Source of the DNA: Paraspadella gotoi
Lineage: Eukaryota; Animalia; Chaetognatha
Direction of reading: 5' to 3'
Length of the DNA: 20,059 nt
Assembly (NCBI GenBank): GCA_051294375.1
Contig: JBJCIZ010000825.1
Location: 1 to 20,059 of the forward strand
Shown here one piece after another: positions 1-11,080 of the stretch (positions are counted from its first letter, which is position 1; the number at the start of each line of letters is the position of its first letter). The translations under genes and the position numbers were made by a program. The notes under the pieces were generated by a model, which did not search any database, was not told where the DNA came from, and was given only the letters and a program-made list of their open reading frames with translations.

Positions 1-1003
1 GGTGATCGACAGAGAGAGAAGAGAGGAGAGACAAGGAGAGGAGAGACGAGAGAGAAGAGAGAGAGGAACGCTCCCCATTCGATTGAGATTCCTTGCGTTG
101 ATTGTTTGGTGGTGTTTGATAGGTGATGGTATGAGATTCCATAAAAAAACCTATGAGGTCGGGAATCTAGAGTATTTATTTGTAATAGACAGTAGTAAGG
201 AACAGTAGACAAAGTAAGAAAAGCCGTGAAAAAAAAAAATACGAGAGTTAATAGTTAAAGTAAAACAAGAACGGATTCTGTGAGTTGCACCGCAGTGATT
301 TTCTTACCGGGTAATACTAAGGGGCCCGTGTTAAATATTCATTTTATTATTTGTTTCTTTTTTTTTTCTCTTTTCTTTAAAAACGCTTTAGATTCGAGAT
401 TTCTCTCCGTGTTGCCAAAATAACCGAAAAACAATACTAAGAAATTATGCAGCATTTACAACGTGAGTAGGATGGACAACGACTACCACAGACAGGCCAT
501 CCGAAAAGGACTAATTGAGTGCTTCCGCGAGTGAGAAATGAGAGGGAAATGATAAAAGAGTAAAAAAAGTTAAAATCGAATAGAAAAGTGGGGGTGAACG
601 AGAGGCGCGGGGGAAAAACTGACACGAGAAATGATTTACATACCTCTGGTCTTTCTTTCTCTTCTCTCCTCATCCTCTCTATTCTTCATCATTCCTCCAT
701 CCTCCTCCTCCCCTTACCCGCCTGCCTCAAACTCACCTACCTTTCCCTTCTTTCATCCGGGATTGGAGTGTGATATCCAATTGAAACTGAAAAGAAAAAC
801 ACATTTTGCGACCTCAACGGTGTCGAGTGAAAGGTGCGTCAGGCGAAGTTTCAGACTAGCGGGTAAGTGGAGGCGCGACTATGTCTGGACGGCGTGGAGG
901 AATAAAGGGAATAAAAGGAAACAAAAGGACAGCCTCGATAGCGTATTGTCTGAAGCAAAGCTAAAAAAGGGCACGGAACAACAAAGCGGTAATTCCAAAG
1001 ATT

Positions 1004-1117
1004 CGCGCATGCGCGGCGCGTTGGTGTGAGTTTGTTTTTACTAAAATCGCATCATTCCAATACGATCCCTATGTTTCATGCGTAGCATTCACCAATCAAG
1101 ACCAAGAATTTGATTGG
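1004..1117. promoter_or_regulatory. Promoter-like cluster: NRF-1-type palindrome and inverted CCAAT boxes
   Basis: CGCGCATGCGCG 1004-1015; CCAATCAA 1092-1099; TTGATTGG 1110-1117. Confidence 0.4.
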
Positions 1118-1210
1118 AAAATTACCACATCATGTACCACTGGGATGAAAGGTACAACCTAACATTTGTATTTCGCAACCGATAGATGTCGGATAAGGTA
1201 ATGTCGCTTC

Positions 1211-1226
1211 AACTCTCCAACTCTCA

Positions 1227-1262
<36 letters not shown>

Positions 1263-1278
1263 CTCTCAACTCTCAACC
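1211..1278. repeat. (AACTCTC)n heptanucleotide microsatellite
   Basis: About 9 tandem copies read directly. Confidence 0.9.
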
Positions 1279-1483
1279 CATTAACGCGGTGAAGCATTAA
1301 GTGATGAAACTTCACATGTTGACGACGCGATGACGAACGACGACGACGATACTGACGTACGACGATGCTGATGACGACGACGACGACGTGACAAACGACT
1401 ATGATGACGACGAATGCAGAAGGACTCAAAAATATTTTCTTTGTGTATTTCATTCCCTCTTCCTTTCCTGTCCCCATGAGCAG

Positions 1484-1730
1484 TTTCGTCAAAGAAAATC
1501 AAAAACAAAAGGCGTCTTAAAAAGCATAAAAAGCCGAATTCTCTCAACTGAGCGCCATCTTTTACTGTCGGCGGAGAAAAATTCGGGGAAAAAACCGCGG
1601 AGAAACCGTTTCTCGTCCTTTCATATGGCATTCGGGGGCGATAATGGGCCTCGATTCCATCCAACACTGGGATAAGAAAACGAAGTGAGAAAACAAAAGG
1701 ACAAAGAAAATAAGAATTAAAAGAAAACAG
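1484..1730 (+). other. Possible host-gene exon, product unknown
   Basis: Pyrimidine tract plus CAG ending at 1483; strong donor CAG|GTGAGT at 1730/1731; complex sequence between, but no single frame is open throughout. Confidence 0.3.
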
Positions 1731-2980
1731 GTGAGTATTTTGGGAAATGAGGTGGACGAGGTTAGAGAACAGTTTATTTAGTTGAGACTTTCTTTTCTTT
1801 CTTTCTCTCTGTCTTTCTTTCTTTGTTTCTTTCTCTCTTCTCTCTTCTCTCTTTCTTCTCTTCTTTCTCTCTTTTCTTCTTTCTTCGTTTTTTCTTTTCT
1901 TTCTTCTTTATCTCTTTCTTTCTTTCTTTCTTCTTTCTTAGATATAGAGTTTTCTGCAATATGAACAATATTTCAACAAAATTTAAAATTGCTATATAAT
2001 ATGTATATAAGAGGATGCGATGTTAATTCAAGTCTCTCGTTTGAACAGCAAGGTTACGGCCCAAAGGTCATCCTTGAATTTCTGAGAAATTGACGAGCGC
2101 TGGAGATATGTATTCATAATCAACATCATCAATTCATTGTCATTCATCGTCATTATTTGTTCATCCTTATTTTCATCATCACCGACCATCATTGTATCTT
2201 AAACTCTACTAAATTGATTATATTTGAATGCAGCACGTTTCATCATAGAATATAATCATCCTCTTGCAGTCATAATTATCTTTATCATCATTATCATGAT
2301 ACCTATCATAATCCTCATTATCATCATAATGTTAATCCTTCTAGTATCCATGCCCCACCGTCTTCTTTTTTTCTCTGGTTTGTCTTCGTCGCTCCGTTGT
2401 TCTCTTTTCTCTTTTTTCTCTCTTTTTCTCTTTTCTCCTTTTTTCATTTTCGCCTCATCTTAGAAATGGGAAGATCGTCGAGCGAAAAAAAAACGCGTCG
2501 CTATAATCAACGAATAAATTAGGTTGTTAAAGAATTTTAAACATCTTTCGTCGTCTATATATGTTCGGTAGTCAAGTTCTCGATCATCTTTCCCACTCAA
2601 TTCCCTAATCATTCATCCGAATAATATATTTTCTTATCTGTTTTGCTCTTTAACTGAAAAAAAACATTTTCCCCAGGGCCCCATCGTCAGAGATTACTGA
2701 ACTCTTTAGCTCCAATTAAACCTTATTACTAATCCGTTCACTGCTTTCCTTTCGATTCGCCTCCGATGGGGGAAGATGATCGCGCGCTCCTTCCTTTCCA
2801 ACAATTTATTTTCGTCTTAATTTTCATTCAATTCACGCAAAAACATCACACCTTTTTCAACAAGCTACGCCATTACTTCACCCATTCAATATTTGATCTT
2901 TAAAGTTCGGGTTTCACCTTCCACTTATCAAAGTCGCTTGGAACTTGGAATCTTTCCGCTGTCCAGAAGCCTCTTAATCA

Positions 2981-3029
<49 letters not shown>

Positions 3030-5004
3030 CTCTCTCTCTCTCTCTTCTTCTCTCTCTCTCTCTCTCTTAATCATTCCAGTAGTAGTCTCACTCTGAATTC
3101 ATTCACTTATTTGGTTTGTAAGACTCGTCCGGACTGATCTCCTTTTTACTTCTTGTTTGCTCTTGATTCTTCCCTTCTTCTCAGTTTTCTTTTCTCTTTC
3201 TCTCACTTTTTCCTTTTTTTCATTGGATTTCGTTATAAAAAGAGAAAACTTAAACTACTTTTTATGTAGAAAGTATAGAAAGTACATTCTTAATCTAATA
3301 ATTTGTTTGACAATTTTTTTATATTTAGTTTTTGTGTTTTTTATGATTTTAATTAGCCTAATTTATAGCTAATTTTAAACCACCCACGAAAGAAAAAAAC
3401 AAGTTTGAGCAAACAATGTCGGATCTGCGCTACGATAATTAAATAAATTATTAATTAATTAATCGAATTAATATTAATTAATTAATTTTAATATGTAATA
3501 ATTAATTTAAATTTATTATTCAAACTTCATCATCAGATGTCCTTAAAATGGGTTTAGCGACAGTTATTAAATATGTATTTGTTTGCATTTTATCAAAACA
3601 AACAAAATATCCTTGTTATTTTTTATTTTCTGTCTCCTGTCTCTTCTCACTCTCACTCTCTCTCTCTCTCTCTCTCTTTTTATGCAATTCGACGATTCTT
3701 TATGCTTTTAAGATTTTTAACTTGCATATTTTTTCACATTAATTTAATTTAATTTAAATTAACTAATAATAATTAAAACATTTATTACGTAATCATTAAT
3801 ATAAAGATTTCAAGTTATATTGCTGGACTTATGTTTTTTTCCATCTAACTCATTTCCACTGCACAATTCCCCGTGGGCAAAAACTTTATATAATTATTAT
3901 ATATTAATAAATATTTAAAAGCTTCAGGTGCAACAACCCAATAACTAAATCAAAAAGTTTTACATTGAAAATCGATTTTAGTAGTAAAAGGAAAAAAATT
4001 TTTAAAGAGAATAGGATGTTAGAAAAAAGTGTTCAATTTTGGCCCCGCCTTACTAGATATTTAGGCCGGAACAGGTTGAAAACTTGAAGTCTCTCAAATG
4101 GTTAATGGTTAATGGTAAACGACTATTAAATTATATGAAATGAAATAATTTTTTAAAATTTTGCTATCATTTTTTTTATAGATTCTGATTAGAGCTTTAA
4201 ATTAGACCAATAAACAAATATAATGTTATTTAATATTATACAACCTTTTTCTTTTTTTTTGTATTATGAAAAAAAATTAAAAAAAAATAAAATTCCGGCC
4301 GAATAATGATTTGATGATGATAATTTTTTTAAAGGTTTTTTTCTATTTTTAAAACTAATTTATTTGTCAATTTTGAAAAAAAAAAAAAAAATTATAGTAC
4401 TAACTTTCATTTTTAACTTCTTAAAGTCTTACAAGAACCCTGTTAAATATTTTCTATAGCGTGTTTCAAGTTTTCCCCAAAAATCGTTTGCTCTTTTTGC
4501 CTAAAACGTTTACTATGTATCGAAGTAAGGATAACTTTACCTTTGTTGAGAGAAAGTAAGAATTATATTAGTAGTTCTCAAGCTTTACGAGCGTGAAGCA
4601 GGTTTGTTTTAATGTTCTTTTACTTGATTTTATATTATATTTAAGGTTTTTATTAATTCGTTTTATTATTTTTTATAGTCCAGCGTTCAATGCACGTTCC
4701 ATGCTTTCTATGGGTCGTTCAAATGCTGTTTCAAATGCCTTTCAATGCCGTTCATGCGTTTGTATCTCAATTGCTTCTACATTTGGTTGATTAAACAATG
4801 TAAATTACTTCGCGACCATTATTTCGGACTCTTTTCCTCTTTCTTTCTCTCTCTCTCTTCTCTCTCTCTTTGCAATGCCAACTCCTTATGCTCATTTTTC
4901 TTGCTCTCTCTCTCTCTTTGCAATTGCGACATTCCTGATGCTTCATTTTTCTGCTCTCTCTCTCTCTCTCTTCTCTCTTTCATAAATAATAAAGATTTCA
5001 AGTA

Positions 5005-6745
5005 AATGTACTTATTGTTTTTTCCATTTAAAAACTCATTTCATGGCAAAATTCCGTAAAACTTTATTCTAGGCTTCTTACACACTTTCCTTACCCGCTC
5101 ACAAAATTTTCATCTCAATCTATTTATGGGTTAAAATAAGTAAAAGATTCAAGTAATGTGACTTCATATTTTTTTCATTTAAACTCATGTTCCACTCGTA
5201 CGTTTCACCGAAACTTATATCAAGGCATCGTTACAATTTTTCTACCCACACAAAAAATTTGAACTGCATCTATCCATGCCAATTATTGATAATTAGAGTA
5301 CTTTTGGTTAAAATAATTAAAAATATTTAGTAAATGCGACTTATGTTTTTCCTTCTTAACTCACACGATCCGTCGAAACGTTTGATATCCAGCTTATCAC
5401 AACTTTCCTACCCACATCTACAAATTTCTTTCCAACCAACCAGCCAATCACGAGTTTATTGGAGTTATTGCTAAGGTGAGACGGTATGGCACGGATTGAT
5501 TGACTGATTAATGTAATTATTGATTAATTAATTAACTACTTGATTAATGTAACTGATTAATTATTTGATTTATTAATACATCCTGTATATACATTTAATA
5601 TAAAAGAAAAGATCAATAATCAATTAGTGAAACAGGTTTTTTGATTTTTTCCATTTTATAAACTTCATTCCACGCAAAAGTTCCATCGAAACTTGGTTTC
5701 CTGATTCATCAACACTTTTCTACATCACATACAAAAATTTCCAGCAGTCAATTCGATATTAAAGTGGTATAAGGCTAACTTGTTAACTTGCATTAATTTT
5801 AATCAACTTGGCATAATTTGGTTCAAGCTGACAAATTTGGTCAACTGACATAATTTGGTCAACTGAACATAATCTTGGCAACTGACATAATTTGATCAAC
5901 TTAAGATAATTGGTCAACCGGCCATAATTGGGTCAACTGGGCATAATTTTATCACTTGTCCTAATTTTGGCACACTAGCATAATTGGTTTCACTGTAATT
6001 TGGTCAACTGGCATGATTTGGTCAACTGGCATGATTTGTCAACAGGCATAATTTGGTCAACTTGCCAGAACGAACTAACTGGCGAATTTGTCTCAATTGC
6101 ATTAATTTGAGTGGAACTTTAAGGAATTTGGTTCAAACTGGCATATTTTTTGTCAATTGGCATAATTGGTCAATCAATCAATTCAATCAATCATCAATCA
6201 GAGAGAGAAGAGAGAGAGAAACTTTTAAAAAATTCAAATAAAATGTGTCTTTTGGTTTTTTCTAATTTGAACTTCTTTCACTCCTACCGATTCCCATTCA
6301 AAAACAATTTTCATATCTCAGGTTTATCACATACTTCCTACCCACAACACAAAATTCATTTCGATTTTATTTTTAATTTTAATTTTTAATAAACATAATA
6401 TTATGAGTAAATTTAAGGTAAAAATACTTTAAGTAAATAGTATGACTTTTGTTTTTTCCATATTTTTTAACTCATTTCCACTCGCACGATTCCATCCGAA
6501 ACTTTATATTTCCAGCCTCATCTCACAGTCCTTTCCTACCATGCATACAAAATTTCAAGATCAATTGCCCTATCCACTCTATGGAGAGCATTGGCGTTCT
6601 CAAATAGTGAAATATATTTTTTTTTTTTTCATTGTAAACCTCAATTCCACTTTCTGCACGATTCCCTCAAAACTTTATATCCACTCATCACCATGTTTCC
6701 TACCCCCACACACAAAAATTTCATACCAATCCATCATCCAAATCA
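5005..6745. repeat. Degenerate ~150-190-bp tandem repeat inside the HINE-like element
   Basis: Recurring gacttatgtttttccat..aactcatttccac..attccatcgaaacttta..ctttcctaccc..cacaaaaattt units near 5009, 5160, 5338, 5635, 6245, 6444 and 6615; a partial copy at 3826-3890. Confidence 0.8.
5775..6172. repeat. 18-bp minisatellite
   Basis: Consensus AACTGGCATAATTTGGTC, roughly 20 degenerate copies. Confidence 0.9.
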
Positions 6746-7177
6746 CGAGTAATGGAGTTTTTTTGCTAATGTGGGACGGTCACTGGACGGAACGGTACGG
6801 AACGGCGACGACGGACAGACGGACACGGAACGGAACACGTTTTTTTTTTGCATAATTTATCATTAATTCGAATGCTTCTGACATGATATAGTAGACTGTG
6901 TGCCGACAATATTGTGAGGTTCGGACCGACGGAAACGGAAAAAAAGTAGAGTTTATAAGTCGGGATCTGCTGTAAGCAGATCCGACTAAAAATAACAATT
7001 ATTTAACTTATATTCATTTTCTCCTCTTGTTTAATATTTTTTTTTTTGTAATTAACTTTTTTTCGTGATCCAATAAAGAAATTGTGAAATAAATTTTCCT
7101 TCAATTTAACAGTCGGTCACTCTCTCTCTAAGCGACACCTACTCACTCCTTCTCTTTCTCACTTTTCATCTCTCTCG

Positions 7178-7269
<92 letters not shown>

Positions 7270-7559
7270 AATCTCTTCACATGTCCCCATAACGTTCCCC
7301 TTTCCCTCTTGAAGTTTCGAAAGGAGACCCAAGCCCTGCGATCATTTATGGCCGCCAGCGTCGTCGTTGTCTTGACGACGACGACGAAGACAACGACGAC
7401 GACGACGACGTACTAGAATGACAACTTAAAACAAAAATGATTGTACTAAAAATTAACATGTACGTGTACAGTGTAATAAAACATTAAAAACTAATGTGAA
7501 AAAGTACCAAAAAAATACGAATATGACAGAATTCGGGAACTTTGAGGACGTTTACACCG

Positions 7560-7899
7560 TCCCTCCTCCCTCTTCCTCCCTCTTCTCTCGCCCCCTTCCT
7601 CTCTCTCCCACCCTCTTCCTTCCCCCTTCCTCTCTCTCTCCATACACCTCTCCTCTTCCCCCCCGCCCCTCTCCCTCCTCTCTCTCACTCCCTCTCCTCT
7701 CCCCCTCTCCCTCTCTCTCTCCCAACCTCCTCCCTCCTGCCTACCTTCTCCTCTGCCCCCTCTGCCTCCTCTCCTCTCCCCCTCCTCCCTCTCTCACTCC
7801 CCACTCCTCTTCCCCCCTCTGCCTCTCTCTCTACCCCCTCCTCCCTCTCTCCCTCCCTCGTTCTCTCCCCCCCATTCTCCCTCTCTCTTTTTTCTTCCA
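7560..7899. repeat. Long C/T polypyrimidine low-complexity tract
   Basis: ~340 bp almost entirely C and T; source of spurious Ser/Pro/Leu ORFs. Confidence 0.9.
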
Positions 7900-7975
7900 T
7901 CGTCAAACGAAAATTTCCATTGTTTGTGCAAAACCTTGCGCCCGTGATCTTCAACGGGATCAGCGACGGAGTTCG

Positions 7976-8345
7976 AATCACCGGCCTGTCACGATGAAGT
8001 TGAGTGAGAATCATCAACCCCTGTCACCGAAGAAGGTGAGTGAGAATCATCACCGCCTGTCACCGATGAAGGTGAGTGAGCAATCTCACCGCCTTCACCA
8101 TGAGGTGAGTGAGAATCATCACCGCCTGTCACGATGAAGGTGAGTGAGAATCATCACCGCCTGTCACCGATGAAGCGTGAGTGGGAATCATCACCGCCTG
8201 TCACGATGAAGTGAGTGAGAAATCATCACCGCCTGTCACCGATGAAGTGAGTGGAGAATCATCACCGGCTGTTCCACGATGAAGGATGTTTGAGAATCAT
8301 CACCGCCTGTCACGATTGAAGTGTGAGTTGAGAATTCAACCGCCC
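7976..8345. repeat. 36-bp minisatellite, ~10 copies
   Basis: Consensus GAAGGTGAGTGAGAATCATCACCGCCTGTCACCGAT, head-to-tail, no spacers, 1-3-nt indels between copies. Confidence 0.95.
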
Positions 8346-9144
8346 TCGTTAATGTTATACCTCACAATTCGCCAGTTCTCTCTCTTTGCTTTTCAAAAAA
8401 AGTTTTATTTCACCAACAGCAACAGAGCAGAACGAGCAGCACCATGTAACGCACACTAATACGTAACAGAACAAAACAATACAACCAGCAACACTACAAG
8501 TAACAGCGACAACTGCAACAACAGGCACCAAGCAAACAGCCTAGAAGAACCAACAGCGTCAACCATCTACAGCACCAAACGTAGTTCAACAGCAACAGCA
8601 GGCATCACAGCGGACCACTGCTTTACCAAAAAAAAACAACATTCATAAAAAAGGGAATAAAAAAACTGAAACAAGGAATAACATCGACGCGATCTAATAT
8701 TTCGCTCGGACCGTGATGTCGTTTAAAGCGAAAAAGCGGACGACGACGACGTGACGACGACGATAACGACAACGAACGGTGACGAGAAGAAGGACCCCGA
8801 AAATGACGACGATGACCGATAATGAACAATGACCGACGACGGCCGACGACGAAGATTAACGACGACGATGACGAAGAAGAAAACGGATGTTGCGAGATTA
8901 GGTTCCAATACGTCGAAGTTCCATCGTTCCATCGAATATTTCGATTCCATCGATTCCATCAATTCCATGGCCACGAAATATCTTGAGCGATTCCATCCCC
9001 CCACGCCAGGATTGCCCCGCTTGGATTTGTCAACCCGGAGAATAAATTTCGACTCACTTCACTCACTTCGAATTTTAAGCCTGAAACTCAATTTCTCGCT
9101 TTTTACTTTTAACGAGCACCAACTATCTCTCGCTCTCTTCTCTC

Positions 9145-9227
<83 letters not shown>

Positions 9228-9430
9228 TCTCTCTCTCTTTCTCATCTCTCTTTCTCTGTTTAACAAAAAATTTCAACGACGGGACTCACGAAACAAATGA
9301 AACAAACGTCGAAACTTTCCCTAGCAAATTCCAACTGCAATTGCCATATGGCCTGATGCGCAACTACAATGGCATTGCCAATGCCGTACGCCCAACGAAC
9401 GTTCGACAGGCATTTCGATTTCATCGTTTG

Positions 9431-9870
9431 ATTTAAGAGGCTTATTCAAACGGCCGATTCAAAGGCCCCATTTTAACGGCTGATTCTAAAGGCCCATTCT
9501 AATGGCCAATTCTAATCACAAATCTAAAGGGCCTATTCTAACAGCTGTGATGTGGTAACAACCAATTCTAACATCTAAATTCTTAATGATCCAATTCTAA
9601 CGGCCATAAAGGCATAAAGGCGCATTTTAAACGGTGTTTATATGCGCCATTTTTAACAAGCTTTTTCTAATGAAACAATTTCTAACAGCCAAATATTTAA
9701 AGGCCCATTCAAATGGCTAATTATAATGACCAATATCGTAACCATCCAATCTCTAATGTTAATAGTAAGGATCACATTCTAATGGACGAATCAAAAGGCC
9801 GTTCTACATGGCTGATTCTTAATGGCCGTTCTAACGGCTAATTCTAATGATCAACTTTAGATGCCAATTT
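9431..9870. repeat. 13-bp degenerate minisatellite
   Basis: Units attcaaacggccg, attcaaaggcccc, attttaacggctg, attctaaaggccc, attctaatggcca, decaying to the right. Confidence 0.85.
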
Positions 9871-10077
9871 TACGTTTAATTCTTCACGTGACTCATCAGA
9901 TCACGTGACGAGGTTGCCGATCACCCCACTGCGTGCAGATCACTTCACTGGGGTTTAGATCAAAGCGACTGAGTTAATATTATCATTGACATTATTTCCC
10001 GATCACGCGACTTCGTTGCAATCAACTGTGACTTAGTGTCTCTCAAGGTCGTATCCGTAAATCTCACGCGCGCGAAA
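9864..10077. promoter_or_regulatory. Putative enhancer/promoter with E-box and SRE-like sites
   Basis: TCACGTGAC 9884-9892, ATCACGTGAC 9900-9909, ATCACCCCAC 9920-9929, ATCACTTCAC 9939-9948, ATCACGCGAC 10002-10011, TGACTCA 9889-9895, CCAAT 9864-9868, GCGCGAAA 10070-10077. Confidence 0.5.
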
Positions 10078-10392
10078 ATCTCCTCCGTATACTCGCGACG
10101 AAAAGTCGTGCACAAATTCCTCCCAAAAAAGTGATGGGTGCAGGCCGAACCTTGAAGTGATGGAGTTCAGGACCCTGAAGTGATGAGTGAGCCCCGACCT
10201 GAAGGGGAATCGCACTTTTTTCTGCGGGCGTCGGTCGACCTCAAGTTCCACTTTGGAATTCTCTACAGCGAATTTTCCTTTGATTTTGAGTTTTTTTTTT
10301 AATCTCAGTCAAGATGAAAAATCGATTTGGACTTTTTTTTTTTGATACTTTTCCATCTCGAATCAATTTTTTTTTTTTTTTTTGCAAAATCG

Positions 10393-10507
10393 AAAATTAT
10401 ACGTTGCCCGATACAGCCGAAAAATTATACGTTTGCCGATTACAAGGCCGACGCTGAGAAATATTAATTATACGTTGCCCGATACAAGGCGATCGCTGAG
10501 AAATATT
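10393..10507. repeat. Short tandem triplication
   Basis: aattatacgttgcccgatac three times; the last two copies extend with aaggc..cgctgagaaatatt. Confidence 0.8.
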
Positions 10508-10989
10508 TAAAATATTTGAGCAAAATCCCAGTGAAGATGTTTATGAGTGTGGACGCACGATTGATTGATGATGTTGACGACGAGACGACGACGACGACGA
10601 CGACGCGACTGACGCACTGACGACGACGGAGACGACGGACGACCGAGGTCATTTGAAATAAGTTCGTCTGCACTAGTGTAATTGAACCCAATTATCTTTA
10701 ATCGTTTAAATAAATATTTAAAACGTGAACTGGTAATTCAAATGTGTTGCGTGCAGTGACTTTTTTTTTCAAGGTGTATTTTACCTTTTGATCCATGATA
10801 TAGACATACAGGGACATGGACTTAAAATTTTCATTGCCCGTGTATTTATACATTCACTGCATCAAAATTCTGTCTTTTATTCTTTATAGTTTTAGGATTT
10901 CCTGAGGCGGCACGTTAGCAGTCCCTTAGATTTTAGGTTTTTTCTGTCTTAATCAATGGACAAATTTACCAATATATGTATTTTTAACG

Positions 10990-11080
10990 TAAGTGGGACA
11001 TACCGACAGACGGACATACAGACGGACCGATCGACAGACCGACGAGAGTTGCTCCGCGGTACTCGCCCGCGCGACTAAAA
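10990..11080 (-). mobile_element. Terminus of a second HINE/Helentron-like element
   Basis: GTGGGAC, then (GACA/GACG/GACC) microsatellite, GC-rich imperfect hairpin and CGACTAAAA; same layout and terminal bases as 6772-6992. Confidence 0.55.

Larger units (their letters stand above)
3400..6990 (-). mobile_element. Non-autonomous Helentron-associated element (HINE/DINE-1-like) with internal tandem array and insertions
   Basis: Terminal hairpin AGTCGGGATCTGC-tgtaa-GCAGATCCGACT (6958-6987); (GACG/GACA) microsatellite 6776-6840; matching subTIR GTCGGATCTGC 3418-3428; small palindrome GTTTG-ag-CAAAC 3403-3414; A-runs at both flanks. Confidence 0.75.

Noticed and set aside
1211-1278. Interstitial telomeric repeat
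   Set aside because: AACTCTC/GAGAGTT matches no telomere motif I know; treated as an ordinary microsatellite.
7976-8345. CRISPR array (36-bp hairpin-forming repeat)
   Set aside because: Units are contiguous with no unique spacers, there are no cas genes, and the context is eukaryotic.
9875-9915. Minus-strand hammerhead ribozyme (CTGATGA-GTCACGTGAA-GAAT)
   Set aside because: GAAA is replaced by GAAT, the stem II closing pair fails and stems I/III are absent; E-box palindromes explain the pattern.
10120-10205. C/D box snoRNA (TGATGA...CTGA)
   Set aside because: Boxes are only ~12 nt apart and belong to a ~24-bp triplicated aagtgatg..cctg unit; no terminal stem.
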